NCBI GenBank assembly: GCA_965644295.1
Contig: CBFFRP010000432.1
Span: 124,001 to 188,000, forward strand
DNA: 64,000 nt
Direction: 5' to 3'
DNA from: Paraphysomonas bandaiensis
Lineage: Eukaryota; Protista; Chrysophyceae
Position numbers and translations under genes: made by a program. Positions within the stretch are counted from its first letter, which is position 1. Every line of letters starts with the position of its first letter. Of the stretch, positions 48,165 through 60,063 are shown in pieces. The notes beneath the pieces are model-generated. The model saw nothing but the letters and a program-made list of their open reading frames with translations. It searched no databases and had not been told where the DNA came from.

Positions 48165-50498
48165 TTAAGTACTTCCAGAGGCATCAACCACACAGTAGTC
48201 ACTCCATATTGGGCCCGCACGAACAGAATATCGAGATATTAGTCGGCATCTAAAGGACGACAATCGCGGGGCAGCCGCAGCCGCGCTTTTAATTTCTCGA
48301 TTCGACCACAGGCGCTCTGCAGCGGCAGCGGCTCTGGGCCATACCTAGAACATATATAAGATATGTAACAAGAATATTTGCGCCGCATTGGACACTCAAG
48401 TAGGGTCACCCACCTGCGAGTCAATGTTATTTTCGTCCGCCTGCTCTGTCCACATAGACACTTCTCCTCCCAACGCTCGTCCCCTCTTCTTCTCTAAGTA
48501 TTGGGGTCCCACCTCAGACTTTGGTGTGTGCATCTCTGGATCCACGCCGTACATCTGCGCCCAAGTATCCCCGAAAAACCAGGCATCCTCCCCATCCACA
48601 GGATTTTGTCTAATACAAGAACGTCACTGTTGTTACGAGCATTGTGCAGCACAAAGACTTAAATATTGACCATGCTACCATACTCACCTGTCCAGATACC
48701 AACCATACGCTAGAATAGCATCGTAGCCGTTATCTCTAGCCGCTTCCAAATAATCTGGCCCCGTCCAAATTTCAACCACTGTGCTCGAAGGGGGAAGAGC
48801 ATCAGATCCAATCCAAGCTCCGTGTGCACCGTCCGTTCCTCCCTATGCATTACAGCTTCAACATTGTTGTGATGGTAACGTGCAGCATACAGCCTCACCG
48901 AATCGTCGAAGAAGACCTCCTCCCATGCTACTAAGGAGTGGCCAAGCGCTTTGGTGCAAAATTCCCCTACTCTTTTGAAGAAGTATCTGTATGAACACAA
49001 TCACCATTACACACTAATGTGCGATAGTATTTAAAACGGTGGCAAACAAACGTATGACGATAAACCATGACTTAGTTCATCACTATACGACTACACTACA
49101 TAGATCAACATTAGAATATAATACAGCATTATACGAATAGCAAGGTAAAGTTGCATACTTACTGTTCAAGGGAGTAAAAGTCTCCATCTGAGAAATTGTG
49201 CTCCTTCATCCACTCAATGATTGACTGAGATTCATTCCAGCATCCATATTTGACTTCATCTCCACCTACAGACAATATAAGGTACATCGATGGGAAAATG
49301 TATCACAATAGGAGTGATTGTGAAATACAATTTACACACTTTTATTTACTTAACAGAACACTCCAAACAGTACTGAATAATTTGTGAAAGGCATACCAAT
49401 ATGAAAAAACTGATCAGGAAATAGAACTGCCAGCTCAGTGAAAAGCCCTCGAATAGTATCATATGTAAGTTCTACAGTGGGGTCCAATGGCACATCATCA
49501 ATGTGCCCCAACTCATCCACGTAGTGCGGACACGCAGTTGTGATTGCTTTGAACTTCTCAGAAAGTCCCCAGCTGTACCCATGGCCTGGAACATCCATTT
49601 CAGGCACAATCCTTATACCGCGATATTTGCAGTATTCCACTACATAGCGTATGTCATCTGTAGTGTATGTATCTGGGGGGAGTTCCATGCCACGTTCTCC
49701 AGCCAGCCACGATCCACTCTTGGCCAAGTCAGGATATCTCTGCGAGAGGAAAGGGAATGCATAAGAGTCAACTAAATGCCAGTGAAGAACGTTAAGTTTG
49801 GTCGCCGCCATAGAGTCAATTAGTCGGGTTATAGCTGATACGGGAATAAAGTGATTGGAAGTATCCAGCAGGAATCCCCTCCAAGGGAAACGAGGAGTGT
49901 CTGTGATTGTGACAGGCACATTACGAACTTTATCACCATGCTCAACCAGTTGAGAGAATGTCTCCAGTGCGTAAATGGCACCCCAAACGCTAACACTCTC
50001 AATATATACTAATGATGACTGAGCATCAATATTTATTTTATACGATTCGTCTGACTCTGCATTCTTAGGCGTACCGTCGTGCTCCTCCAATACCATCACC
50101 TCAATGCCAGTGATATACGACTGAGATTTACCTCTCACTCGGGATGTATCATCGTCATCATCATAACCATCGTTATCTAAGATGAACTGGGGCTCAACAA
50201 GATATCCCCGAGTGATCCTCTGTGGCTGATTAAATATCAACTGTTGATATCTTGAGAGAGCCGACAGAAGAATTGAAGAGTTTTTTGACTCAGATTGTGA
50301 TTTTAAAGATATTTGAAAGTTAGTTGGGCTTAAATATCGAGTTATTCCATCTACAGCGCACTCCACTTCTGTGGGCCAAGGCCATATCTCGTACTTACAG
50401 GGGTTGTATGGGCCGTAGTAGCCGTGTGGGTTTAATGTGGTGGGTTTAGCTGTGACAGTCACACATAAGAGGGAGATAAGCCCTATAGCTGTATTCAT
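48165..50498 (-). CDS. Beta-N-acetylhexosaminidase (GH20), secreted/lysosomal, multi-exon
   Basis: Signal peptide, PRFPWRGFLLDTSNHF, KLNVLHWHLVDS, PEMDVPGH, FHIG|GDEVK, LGGEVSMWTE, VWPRAAAAAERLW. Confidence 0.93.
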
Positions 50499-50968
50499 TA
50501 GTTAGTAATGTGGGTAGATATATTACACCATGTAGACCGTGTTGTTATGTATAGTTCAATACACTGTTACTGTAGAGTGCAGAGACTTCATATGTAGGAT
50601 ATACTGCTGTACATACTCTTCTATACTACATACCACTTCGAGCCTCTACAGGTTATCTCTTGTTATACCGCGATAGGAGTATGATCGGTTAAACCAATAG
50701 GCGTTTTATATTATAATTTACACAGAAGTAATTCGTTAGAAGAAAAAAAACTAAAGCCGACTTTGTCCTGATACATATACACAGAGTACATATATACATA
50801 TATATACCCATACACGATATACGGCTATACATGTAGAAGCACAAGGCCAGTCATATCACATATCACTGTAATGCGGGACTTCTTGTTGTCCTTCCACAGT
50901 TGCTTATTGCATATTTGTTACAACTGCTTTCTCTGATCAAAGCTCTACTTAACTCTACAGTATCCATT

Positions 50969-52297
50969 ATGTGTACTGATCGGATTGCGTGTAGTTTGCT
51001 AGTCTTGATGTCGATATCACCACCATTAATATATTCCACCCAATCAGATTATGACATCACTACCGCTCTCGGTCATGAAATTAGCCGCATTCGAAGCAAG
51101 TTCCATCCGAACTCGTCATTGAGTACTATAGAGAGATGTTTTGGGCGAGGGGCATCGGCACCAATATTGTGGAATGATTTCGATATCCAACACGATGTGC
51201 CGTTGAAACCGACTAGTGTTATACCTTTTCATGATGAATGGACTAAGAATATATCTCGCCCTTCTCTATTTTATATTGATCCGTATATTGTTAAACATGC
51301 TGCTATTGATAAGGGATTAGTTCAGGAATATACTGCATTCATCGAGAATAGATTGAGCAGGAATAGTTTTTTCGATATGTTTTACAATATCGAGCAGTTA
51401 AAATGGGGGCGTAAACTAGCGGTATTTGAAAATGTTTGGATTGATAAGTATGGCCTTATTGTCAGCCCAGATCGGTGCCGTTCCGTGCGTCAAGGGGGCT
51501 GCAATGGTACGCGATCTTTCGACTCACAACTTTCGACGGTATGTAGATCCGCCCCTTTAGTAATTAGTCTAGACGCGGCAATGACGGGTGTATGGCACTT
51601 CCCAATGGAGGTGCTGGTTGGAATTTCCAAACTTGACATGAACTCTTCAGTACTCCGTCGTGCTAATATCCACCTCCCCAATGATTCGCCATATGTGAAG
51701 GATTGGATGCATATCGTGGGGATTGACGTACGAAATCGGATGGTGACGGACACTGTGCATTCTGGGATACTGCTTGCGCCACAAACCGCGCATTGCGGAC
51801 AGCCTTTTATCGGACAAGTGGACTGGCTAGTACGCAGGGTGACAGAAAACCTGAAATTACACTCGAATAGTGTTCGACCTCTTCAGGTATTACTCGTGCA
51901 TAGAAGAAGTAGAAGAATTAACAACATTTTGGAAGTTTATAAGGTGATCAAAGACTTTGTTGCTATGATGCCGAAAGGTACGAATTTTGTGATTCATAGC
52001 GACAAAAATTTACCATCATTATCAACGCAATTGAAACGATTTGCTGATACGGATTTTGTCATAGCACCCCATGGTGCAGCGGAATTGTTCACAGCGTTTA
52101 TGAAGCCAGGCTCTTATGTGGTAGAGTTTATAAACTATTCAACTGGAGCACATGTATGTTACTCCACTTTGGCTTACACAAGAGGCCTAAACTATCATCA
52201 ACACGCAATGTCTCCAGCTAATACAATAAACCTTGATAAGCTTTCAAAGACACTATCTGAATTTTGGGCCCACTATAGTACAGTCCATGGCGTGTGA
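50969..52297 (+). CDS. Glycosyltransferase family 61 (DUF563)-like; start uncertain
   Basis: Hydrophobic N-terminus, VWHFPME, LLVHRRSRRINN, Q..RFADTDFVIAPHGAA...MKPGSYVVEF...CYSTLA...GLNY. Confidence 0.8.
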   Translation: MCTDRIACSLLVLMSISPPLIYSTQSDYDITTALGHEISRIRSKFHPNSSLSTIERCFGRGASAPILWNDFDIQHDVPLKPTSVIPFHDEWTKNISRPSLFYIDPYIVKHAAIDKGLVQEYTAFIENRLSRNSFFDMFYNIEQLKWGRKLAVFENVWIDKYGLIVSPDRCRSVRQGGCNGTRSFDSQLSTVCRSAPLVISLDAAMTGVWHFPMEVLVGISKLDMNSSVLRRANIHLPNDSPYVKDWMHIVGIDVRNRMVTDTVHSGILLAPQTAHCGQPFIGQVDWLVRRVTENLKLHSNSVRPLQVLLVHRRSRRINNILEVYKVIKDFVAMMPKGTNFVIHSDKNLPSLSTQLKRFADTDFVIAPHGAAELFTAFMKPGSYVVEFINYSTGAHVCYSTLAYTRGLNYHQHAMSPANTINLDKLSKTLSEFWAHYSTVHGV

Positions 52298-52924
52298 ATT
52301 CCTAAGATCTATAGTGAAATTGTATTTAATAAATTTTATTTGTCCAGTACCATTGGTTTCTAAACACTATTGTAGTGGTTTACTATAATTTTATATAGAC
52401 AGAACGACAGAACAACATTGCTTCAAGAAATAGGTATAGACTGTAGACCAACTAGTTCTTTTGATGTGTAACAAATGTGTCAAGCTAATTGGCATCACAT
52501 ACCACGTGCAGCTGACAAATAGCTATTTGGAATTTCTAATCAAGTGAGAGATTTAATATTTATGTATCTTCTTTTGCGAAAAATCTTATAATCTCTCGTA
52601 TTACAGTTTATATTTTATATCACACCGAATAATTACGACTACACGAAGCATGTATATAACAATTCTTACTTCCTGAGTTTAATCTTATGGCGTCGCACTC
52701 ATATTAAGTTGTTTGCGCGCTAACTAGATTGTTATATTTGTTACTACATTTTTTAAGTATTGTGTATGGTACAGTATAGAGTATAGAGTATGACTACTAA
52801 ACCCTTACACATATCGACTCGAATATATAACCATTTGCCGCTGAAAAGTGTTATTACTTTAAGAAAATTACATTGTACACGAATATATACACCACGCCAA
52901 TTCCAAAATGTTCAAAAATAACAA

Positions 52925-54268
52925 CTAATCATCAGCAATATCCGCAACCATCGCTGCGAGATGATCTATCGAAGCAGTAACAGTTACAAAACCGGTATTT
53001 TTTGCGCTCTTCACAGTTGACATTTTGTTCATATCCTAGAAACAGGGTAAGCCTTGTAAAGAGGTACATCTATATGAGCATCACCTGATCAAGACTGCTC
53101 ACGACACCTGTCTCCGTAGGTCGCACACTAGCCTCCGCCCCCATAATCTAATTACTCGATAAGACGCACAAAACTAAATAAAAAAGATGCATGTCACCAC
53201 CTTTCTGTTGAGAATTTCTTCGTCAGTTGTACGCAACAGAAAGTATATCGTAATATCTTCACCATCGGCTACATACATGTATCAAGATCAAGTCACTGTT
53301 GTTGTAAGCTGAAAATATGAGAAATCCCGAAGAGGGGAATGCATTTGCGAGTGCTGTCACCAGAACAAGAAAATAGTGCACTCTCTGCTCAGTCGAGAAA
53401 TGCAGCACTATGCTAGAACTTACATGCCATGGCAGTATCAATAGCCCAGGGAGCTGAGCGAAGGTATGGTACACGAGCGGGAGGGGGCGCATCTGAAATA
53501 CTAATAGTTAGGTTCCAGAAGTAGGACAAGTAAGCCAGGGGTATTAAGAACAGTAGTGGGCGTACAGCACTCACGTGATATCATAACACAGTAGCCTTCG
53601 TTTTGAAGAACGCGGAAAACCTCCTACAATCCACCACAAACGTTGTGTAAAAATGTAGTGCTGCGGACAACGTTGTTCTCACCGAACAGAAGCGCATGGA
53701 GGACTCGTAGAGGTCTAATCCACAAAAAATGCAGTCCAAACATCCTGTATATGCACTAATACTACAACCAGAACGACGGAGCAATCACTTACCTTTATCT
53801 ATTATAAGTGAAAAGCTTTCATCTTTGAACTGGTGCAGCTCTCTGGCGTCCATAACGTAAACTATGGTGCAGACATAACAACTCATCTAGCTTAACAACG
53901 GAATACTTACAGTCGACACCACTAAAGTTTCTGTACTTATTTTGCATTTGAGCTATTAGTAGCGGCGATATATCGATTGCAGTAATATCGCGAAAGCCTT
54001 TCTCGTACAATACGTCTATGATATTCGACCTCCCGATACCGAGAATCAGTACTTTATGTGGTTTCTTGGTATCAACAACAGACTCCATAGTTGTATATAC
54101 TGTAAACATTTGAAATAAGGTTTTCCAAAATACCAAAACTAAATGTACACCTCCTTCAAACGGTAAGTACCAATCAAAATCTTCAAAGCCGCTAGCAACC
54201 ATTTTATCCAATTCTTCCTGATATCTCGCCTGCCAGTAAACTGGCTCACCATAATGATTATGAGACAT
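52925..54268 (-). CDS. Class I SAM-dependent methyltransferase (EEF1AKMT4/METTL13-N-like), multi-exon
   Basis: YGEPVYWQARY, FDWY, VLILGIGRS, IDISP, DK|GCLDCIFCG, RVPYL. Spliced by hand to the stop at 52925. Confidence 0.8.
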
Positions 54269-55376
54269 GTATTCGTTATCGCTTCAGATGCTATTGACTG
54301 TATGATGATAATTGAAATGCGATAGATGGCAGTTACGCTGACACTAACCACAACCGACAGCAGACACTACTGAGAATCTGCATATAAATAGTACATACTA
54401 TACGACACTATATCTGAATACAATCCACTGAACCTCACGCACTAAAGGAGTATGACGAAGCGGCGCTATTGCATGAAGATGGGCAGATGCCTCTACTATG
54501 GCAATAGAGTTATACGATGCTCCTGTCGTTCGAATGGAATGCTCTGTGTGTTATCATACATGCGCATATACTATACACATATATACGTACAGCAGTATGT
54601 ATAGTTAACACTTCAGTTATATACATGGGAATACCACTGGAATACGTTGAATACGCATATACTCTACATGCACGACAGCATCTACAGATACATGGGACAA
54701 TGTATGTCCACAGAGGACAAAGGTCTTCGATGCAACTAGAGATTACGTAACAGCATATCAATGATCACTTATTGACGAGTAGGTTCCAAAGTATAGTATA
54801 AGCACTTTCTATGTCGACGTGTGTAAGTTTTCAGAAATCCAATCCATCCTGTACCATTATGCATTTTACATTACACTGCGGAAGAAACTATGCCAAGGTT
54901 AGAGAAACACTGTGACACTTTAGCGTCATTTCATTATGTCCACTGTAAGCACTGTTCTATTAGACACGGTGCTTGCCATTTGTGTAGTAGTTCTACGTAG
55001 CTACTTTGTAAGTACAGTATTACTACAAAGTCTACAAAGCTACACAGATATCGCTGAAGCATTACAGAACCATTTAAATTCCAATTTCGTTATTGCTGCA
55101 TGATTGAATTTCTATCCTTTTTGATGGAGAAACAATTTAGAATATAGGAAAGTAAATCTTAAATGTTATACTCAGCACTAGTACTGATATTGTCATTACG
55201 TTTCCGAAAAATAAAATATCTTCGAGAACACATCAGACGAATGCCTGGGTGTTATTCACACAGTTAAAAAAATCACAATAATCACTGCAATTATTAACTA
55301 CTTTGCACTGAAAGGGCAGCTAATAAACTACTTAAAATACTATAGCTATATACTAGAGATGCCTACAGACATAGGA

Positions 55377-56620
55377 TCAGTAACACTTGCCGTCCACCAT
55401 TAACACTTCTCCATCTGTGCAACACTTCTTACATGGCACTACTTTCCTGTAAGTATACGTCAAATAAAGCTTCAAAGTAATAATACTCTAATGGCCGAAA
55501 TACATATACGTCCCTACTTACTTAGATCCCCGCTTCTCCCTGCAGTACGGTCCTACTCCAGGGACAAAATTGCAGTCACCCTAGTGAGAGGTATTAGTGA
55601 ACTGTTGAATAACGCTCCAATTTGATGAACAAACAATAGAAGATAGTAAAAACATACAACCTGTACCTTAAAGTCTGTGGAGCACGTGCGGCATCGACCT
55701 GACCCCCAACTCTGATGCATAACCATCATATAGTGTCTCACAAGTCAAATACATGTACAACAGACACAACAGCTAAGAGCTATATAAACGTACATCAAGA
55801 GAGTTTCGATCGCAGGGGTCACATGGTTCGCTCTTGGTACACGCCCTGCCTCGTCCACCCTCACAGTTTCTACTGCTAGTGATGTACCTATTAATCTGCA
55901 CAACAAAATACCATAGTCACGACAACATAGCTTTACCAGTGCGCAAACATACCTCGTCATTAGGGTGAGATACGTTGAGAGGGTTACGACAAATGTAGTC
56001 GCCATCATCAGGACAGGATCCGTTAGTACTAACAACTAGCCCTGCGGCACCCATTAACACCAGCAAAACGAACGGCAGAACATACCTGTATCTCTACTTA
56101 TACATCTGGCACCAGGGTGGCAAAAACAGGGGTTCTTGTCAAATGCCCTTGTCGAGCCATCAGGGCGCTTTCCCCCTTTATTCAGTGAGATGTGAGATCA
56201 AAACATACATCATGGGCAGAGCTGAACCTTTATCACTCTGCAGGCAATCGATTCTCGTTAGCGAGTGCTATCATACAAAGTTAATTCCATTCCAACTATT
56301 ATATTCGTACATACGTCATATTCGTAGGGATAAGACGGAATCGCAAGAGACGCCTGAATTAGAAAATATAACTAAGAAACACCGATGAGCTACTCCTACT
56401 AAAGTTAACTCAATAAAAAACCTGAGTACACACAGCTATAAGCAGAACTAATCCAACAAATGTTTCTTTCCACTTTCTACTCCCAAATCCATGAAATATA
56501 TGAGATGTGATTCCCGCAGAGACGATCAGTACAATGGCTGAAAATATCATTTCAGACACCTCCACAATAGTCATGATGAGCGCTATTGATCCCTACAACC
56601 TCGCTAAGTATGACATAAAT
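55377..56620 (-). CDS. Cys-rich protein of unknown function with hydrophobic N-terminal segment, many short exons; 5' end uncertain
   Basis: Hand-spliced: NPCFCHPGARC...SCPDDGDYICRN...NCEGGRGRACTKSEPCDPCD...RCRTCS...GDCNFVPGVGPYC...PCKKCCTDG...GKCY-stop, with canonical GT-AG junctions. Confidence 0.65.
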
Positions 56621-57273
56621 GTTGTGGTATAAAGTAGAAGAGATAGCAGTCCAGTTAGTGGTGTGATCGATATGATAGGAGGGGGATGTTAATAGCGACA
56701 ATGCTCCTGGAAGATCAAACGTGTATATATACTATAGCCAGGCTATGCATATATACATATAGACCTCTGCAGTGCTGTACATACACAGAGTATCATATCA
56801 CCAAGTGGATGTAGAATACTACTGTGTATTCTGCTCTCTGCCCTACTGTATAGATAGAGCAGTGTCGTATAAGCACCCTTGGTATATTTTTGCCTCAAAT
56901 ATTGATGTGTATTCGAGCCGTAGTTGTAATGCAGTAATATAGAAGACTTTTGCTTCAATTTATTTCCGAAAACTGAGATGCATACGGTGTTCTATATAAG
57001 GTATACGTTAATGTATTCATTGTTGTATACGGTGTATTGGAGCTGTTACTATGGAGATGTATGTAAGTGCAGTGCAGTGTGTCCAGTTAAGCACCTCCCT
57101 CTGATAGCTCCACTTCGACGAGTACACTCTCACACCTAATAGCGGAGGATAGTGTAAGAGTTATGGGTATGACATGAGCATACGAGAGCTTCACTTCGTC
57201 ATACATTCATATACAACCGTATATACCCCCCTGTAAGCTTATATACATACACAGATGCCTGTATAGATAGCGA

Positions 57274-59208
57274 ATGGAGGACGAGCTATCAGGATATTCT
57301 CAGGATGACCTCATATTTGAGGTTAAACGACTTCGACAGCGAGTACAGGTTCTTGAGAATGACAAGAAGATTATGGAGGAAGAGTTCGCTATTGCTCAGA
57401 CTGGCAGTGCTGATAGCGCCATACACACCAATCAAGACACGGCCAAACTAAAGGATCAGTTGTATAGCATGCGGAATATGCTCACTATGTATGTACAGAA
57501 GTATCGCGTCGTACAGACATTCTTAGAGTTGGAGCGAAAGACGTTACGTGAAATAAGAAGTGAGGTTGACAGTTGCTACGACTCGACGAAGAAAGATGTA
57601 GAGCAAAAGCTGAATTTAGTCGTTAAAGCTGTACAGTCTCGTGAATATGCTCTGCAAAAGAGATTACAAAAGATGACGAATGATTTATTTAAAGAGAAGG
57701 AAAGAAAAGAACACCTTGTCATTGAAGCATCGGAACTGAAAAAAGAGCGTAATTTAATTTCGAAATCACTCGAAAATGTTCAGAAAGAATTCGCTGCTGA
57801 AAAGGAGATGATGAAAGAACACTTTGATCGCATCAGTAAAAAGATAGAAGACTATCAGCAGGAACATGCTCATGAAGTTCAGGCAATGAGAAATGAAATT
57901 GCAGACAAGGACAAAGCACAAGTGGAACTTGAAGGAAATAATTGCAAATTGAGGAAGCAAATTAAGTCCATGCAAGAGGAGCATACTGTGTTGTTTTCTA
58001 AAAATGAAGAACTGTCAGTTGCCCTTCGGGCTCATTCTGAAGATGCAGAGAACTGGCGCCGAGTTCGTAAAACTCTTGAAGAGAAAATCGCTGAACTTGA
58101 GAATCAAATTTCGGACAGCAAGACTAAGGGTGATACGGAATGCGAAAAGCTCAAAGACCAGATTCGAGTTCTGAATGATCAACTCGAGAAGATGATGGCC
58201 AATCATGACGCATTGACGAATGATTTTAATTCTGTTTTGGCGAGAGAGGAAAGTTTGCGCATGGAGTTACATGGTAACTCTAATGACAAGAGTGATATGC
58301 AGCGCAAGTTACGGAGCATAAATGAAAAGTTAAAAGAGATGGAAGCTCTGCATAGCGAGGAGACAGCTGCCTTGCGAGACCATATCCTGGAAGAAGAAAG
58401 GAAAGCCTCGGCTGTCGCGAAAGAGCTTTCTAAAGAAAAACAGAGAGCAGATGGAGCTGCTGCTGAGTTAACGCGCGCCCAACAAGCTATGTTGGCTAAA
58501 GATGGAGAAATCAAGTCCCGTGACGAAGAGTTGAATAGACTGCGAGGGGTTGTGGGAGATTTGGAGCGGAAGATAAAATCGTTTGAACGAGAACTTTCTG
58601 CTGGAGAGAGCTCTATTGCCAGTCTTCGGAGTGACAGGGACGATGCTCTAGCTTCTGCAAATACCCTGAAGGAAGCACTCTCTGCCTCAGCAGTTAAGGT
58701 GGATGAACTCGAGAGTGAAGTGCAGCGCCTTCAAGAGGAGGTGCGAAATTTGCGGGAGGAACTTAGCCGGGCAGATCATTCAGTGCTCGAGAAGTTGCGC
58801 TGCCAGGTAAGCGAGAAAGAAGTAGCACTGGCTGAAGGGCAAGAGGAGATTGCGAAACTGAAAGATACTATTAGACGAGAATGTGAAGAGCGAACAGAAA
58901 TGATGTTGGAAATGTCTGAGTTGCGAGATCAGATACGGCGCTTGAGTAGCCTCAATTTGAGATCTCAGTCGTCATCATCTGCTGGTGTGGAAGTGGCAAT
59001 GCAAACACCCTCAAGACCACATTATTCGGCATCTGCGACGACCTATGAGAACCCCACATCGAAAAAGTCATCTGGTGTTAGCATGTTGAAACAGTTATCA
59101 ACAGATGGTGGTAGTTCTATGACAGACTCAAGCTGGGCTCAAAAACTTGCGAAACAGGGTACCGCGGGTATCAATAAATCGAAGCGGAAGTCCAAGTATC
59201 GTTCATAG
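57274..59208 (+). CDS. Long coiled-coil protein (644 aa), unknown function
   Basis: Single long ORF rich in E/K/L/R heptads, with a Ser-rich and basic tail. Confidence 0.85.
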   Translation: MEDELSGYSQDDLIFEVKRLRQRVQVLENDKKIMEEEFAIAQTGSADSAIHTNQDTAKLKDQLYSMRNMLTMYVQKYRVVQTFLELERKTLREIRSEVDSCYDSTKKDVEQKLNLVVKAVQSREYALQKRLQKMTNDLFKEKERKEHLVIEASELKKERNLISKSLENVQKEFAAEKEMMKEHFDRISKKIEDYQQEHAHEVQAMRNEIADKDKAQVELEGNNCKLRKQIKSMQEEHTVLFSKNEELSVALRAHSEDAENWRRVRKTLEEKIAELENQISDSKTKGDTECEKLKDQIRVLNDQLEKMMANHDALTNDFNSVLAREESLRMELHGNSNDKSDMQRKLRSINEKLKEMEALHSEETAALRDHILEEERKASAVAKELSKEKQRADGAAAELTRAQQAMLAKDGEIKSRDEELNRLRGVVGDLERKIKSFERELSAGESSIASLRSDRDDALASANTLKEALSASAVKVDELESEVQRLQEEVRNLREELSRADHSVLEKLRCQVSEKEVALAEGQEEIAKLKDTIRRECEERTEMMLEMSELRDQIRRLSSLNLRSQSSSSAGVEVAMQTPSRPHYSASATTYENPTSKKSSGVSMLKQLSTDGGSSMTDSSWAQKLAKQGTAGINKSKRKSKYRS

Positions 59209-60063
59209 TTTTACATGCATGGAAGTGCACATGTTAAAATCTCTAGTGCTCAATGTGTGATATTGTATCATTTTACTTATTCGGACTAAATTTAATAATA
59301 ATTTTACAGAACAATGAGATCATAGTAGTAATGTTCAAAGATGTTCAAGTCAATACAGTATAGGTCAGGTAAGACATCGACACCCTGGCCCCTTACCCCC
59401 TCATAAGAACGTGGGGTTCAACGGATACGCGATGAAGGGAACTGCTGAGAAAATTTATTGTTTTTATTTGTGAGACTTCTCAATTCTTATTGAGGTGTTT
59501 TATATTACATGTTTGCGTAGAGTATATAAGATATAAGTAGGTTATCACGTAATTAATTTTGTGACGAGGTGTATTTTAATCTACCTGATCAGATATTTAC
59601 CAAAATTGGAGGACTGAGTGACGAAATACGTCAATCGTATTGTTGAAACCAAATTGAAATTGTTAATACAACTTTTAAGAAAAGTTTAAAGCATGTCTAA
59701 CTACTTCTGTTTAGTCTTAATGCGCAAAATTTCGTTGTGAGTAGTCTAATGTACTTACTTGCACTAAATGATAAGAACGTAATATATACTAATGAGAATT
59801 ATGATATTAACACGTGAAATGGTTTGTCAGAGTTATCTATCAAGGCCCATGTTTATTTATTTCAACTTCTTATTTTAATTCACAAGGCTGTAACTGTTCT
59901 AAACAAGATCTAACCGTATCTGGCAGGGCGCGTACGAATCACCAGGCATGACTAGAAGCTACTGAACTCTTACATTGAAAGAAAATTGGAATAGGGCCAA
60001 TATATTTTTATGAAAGACGCCATCTGTTTTCCAACCATCTACATTCTACATACTGTATGCTTG

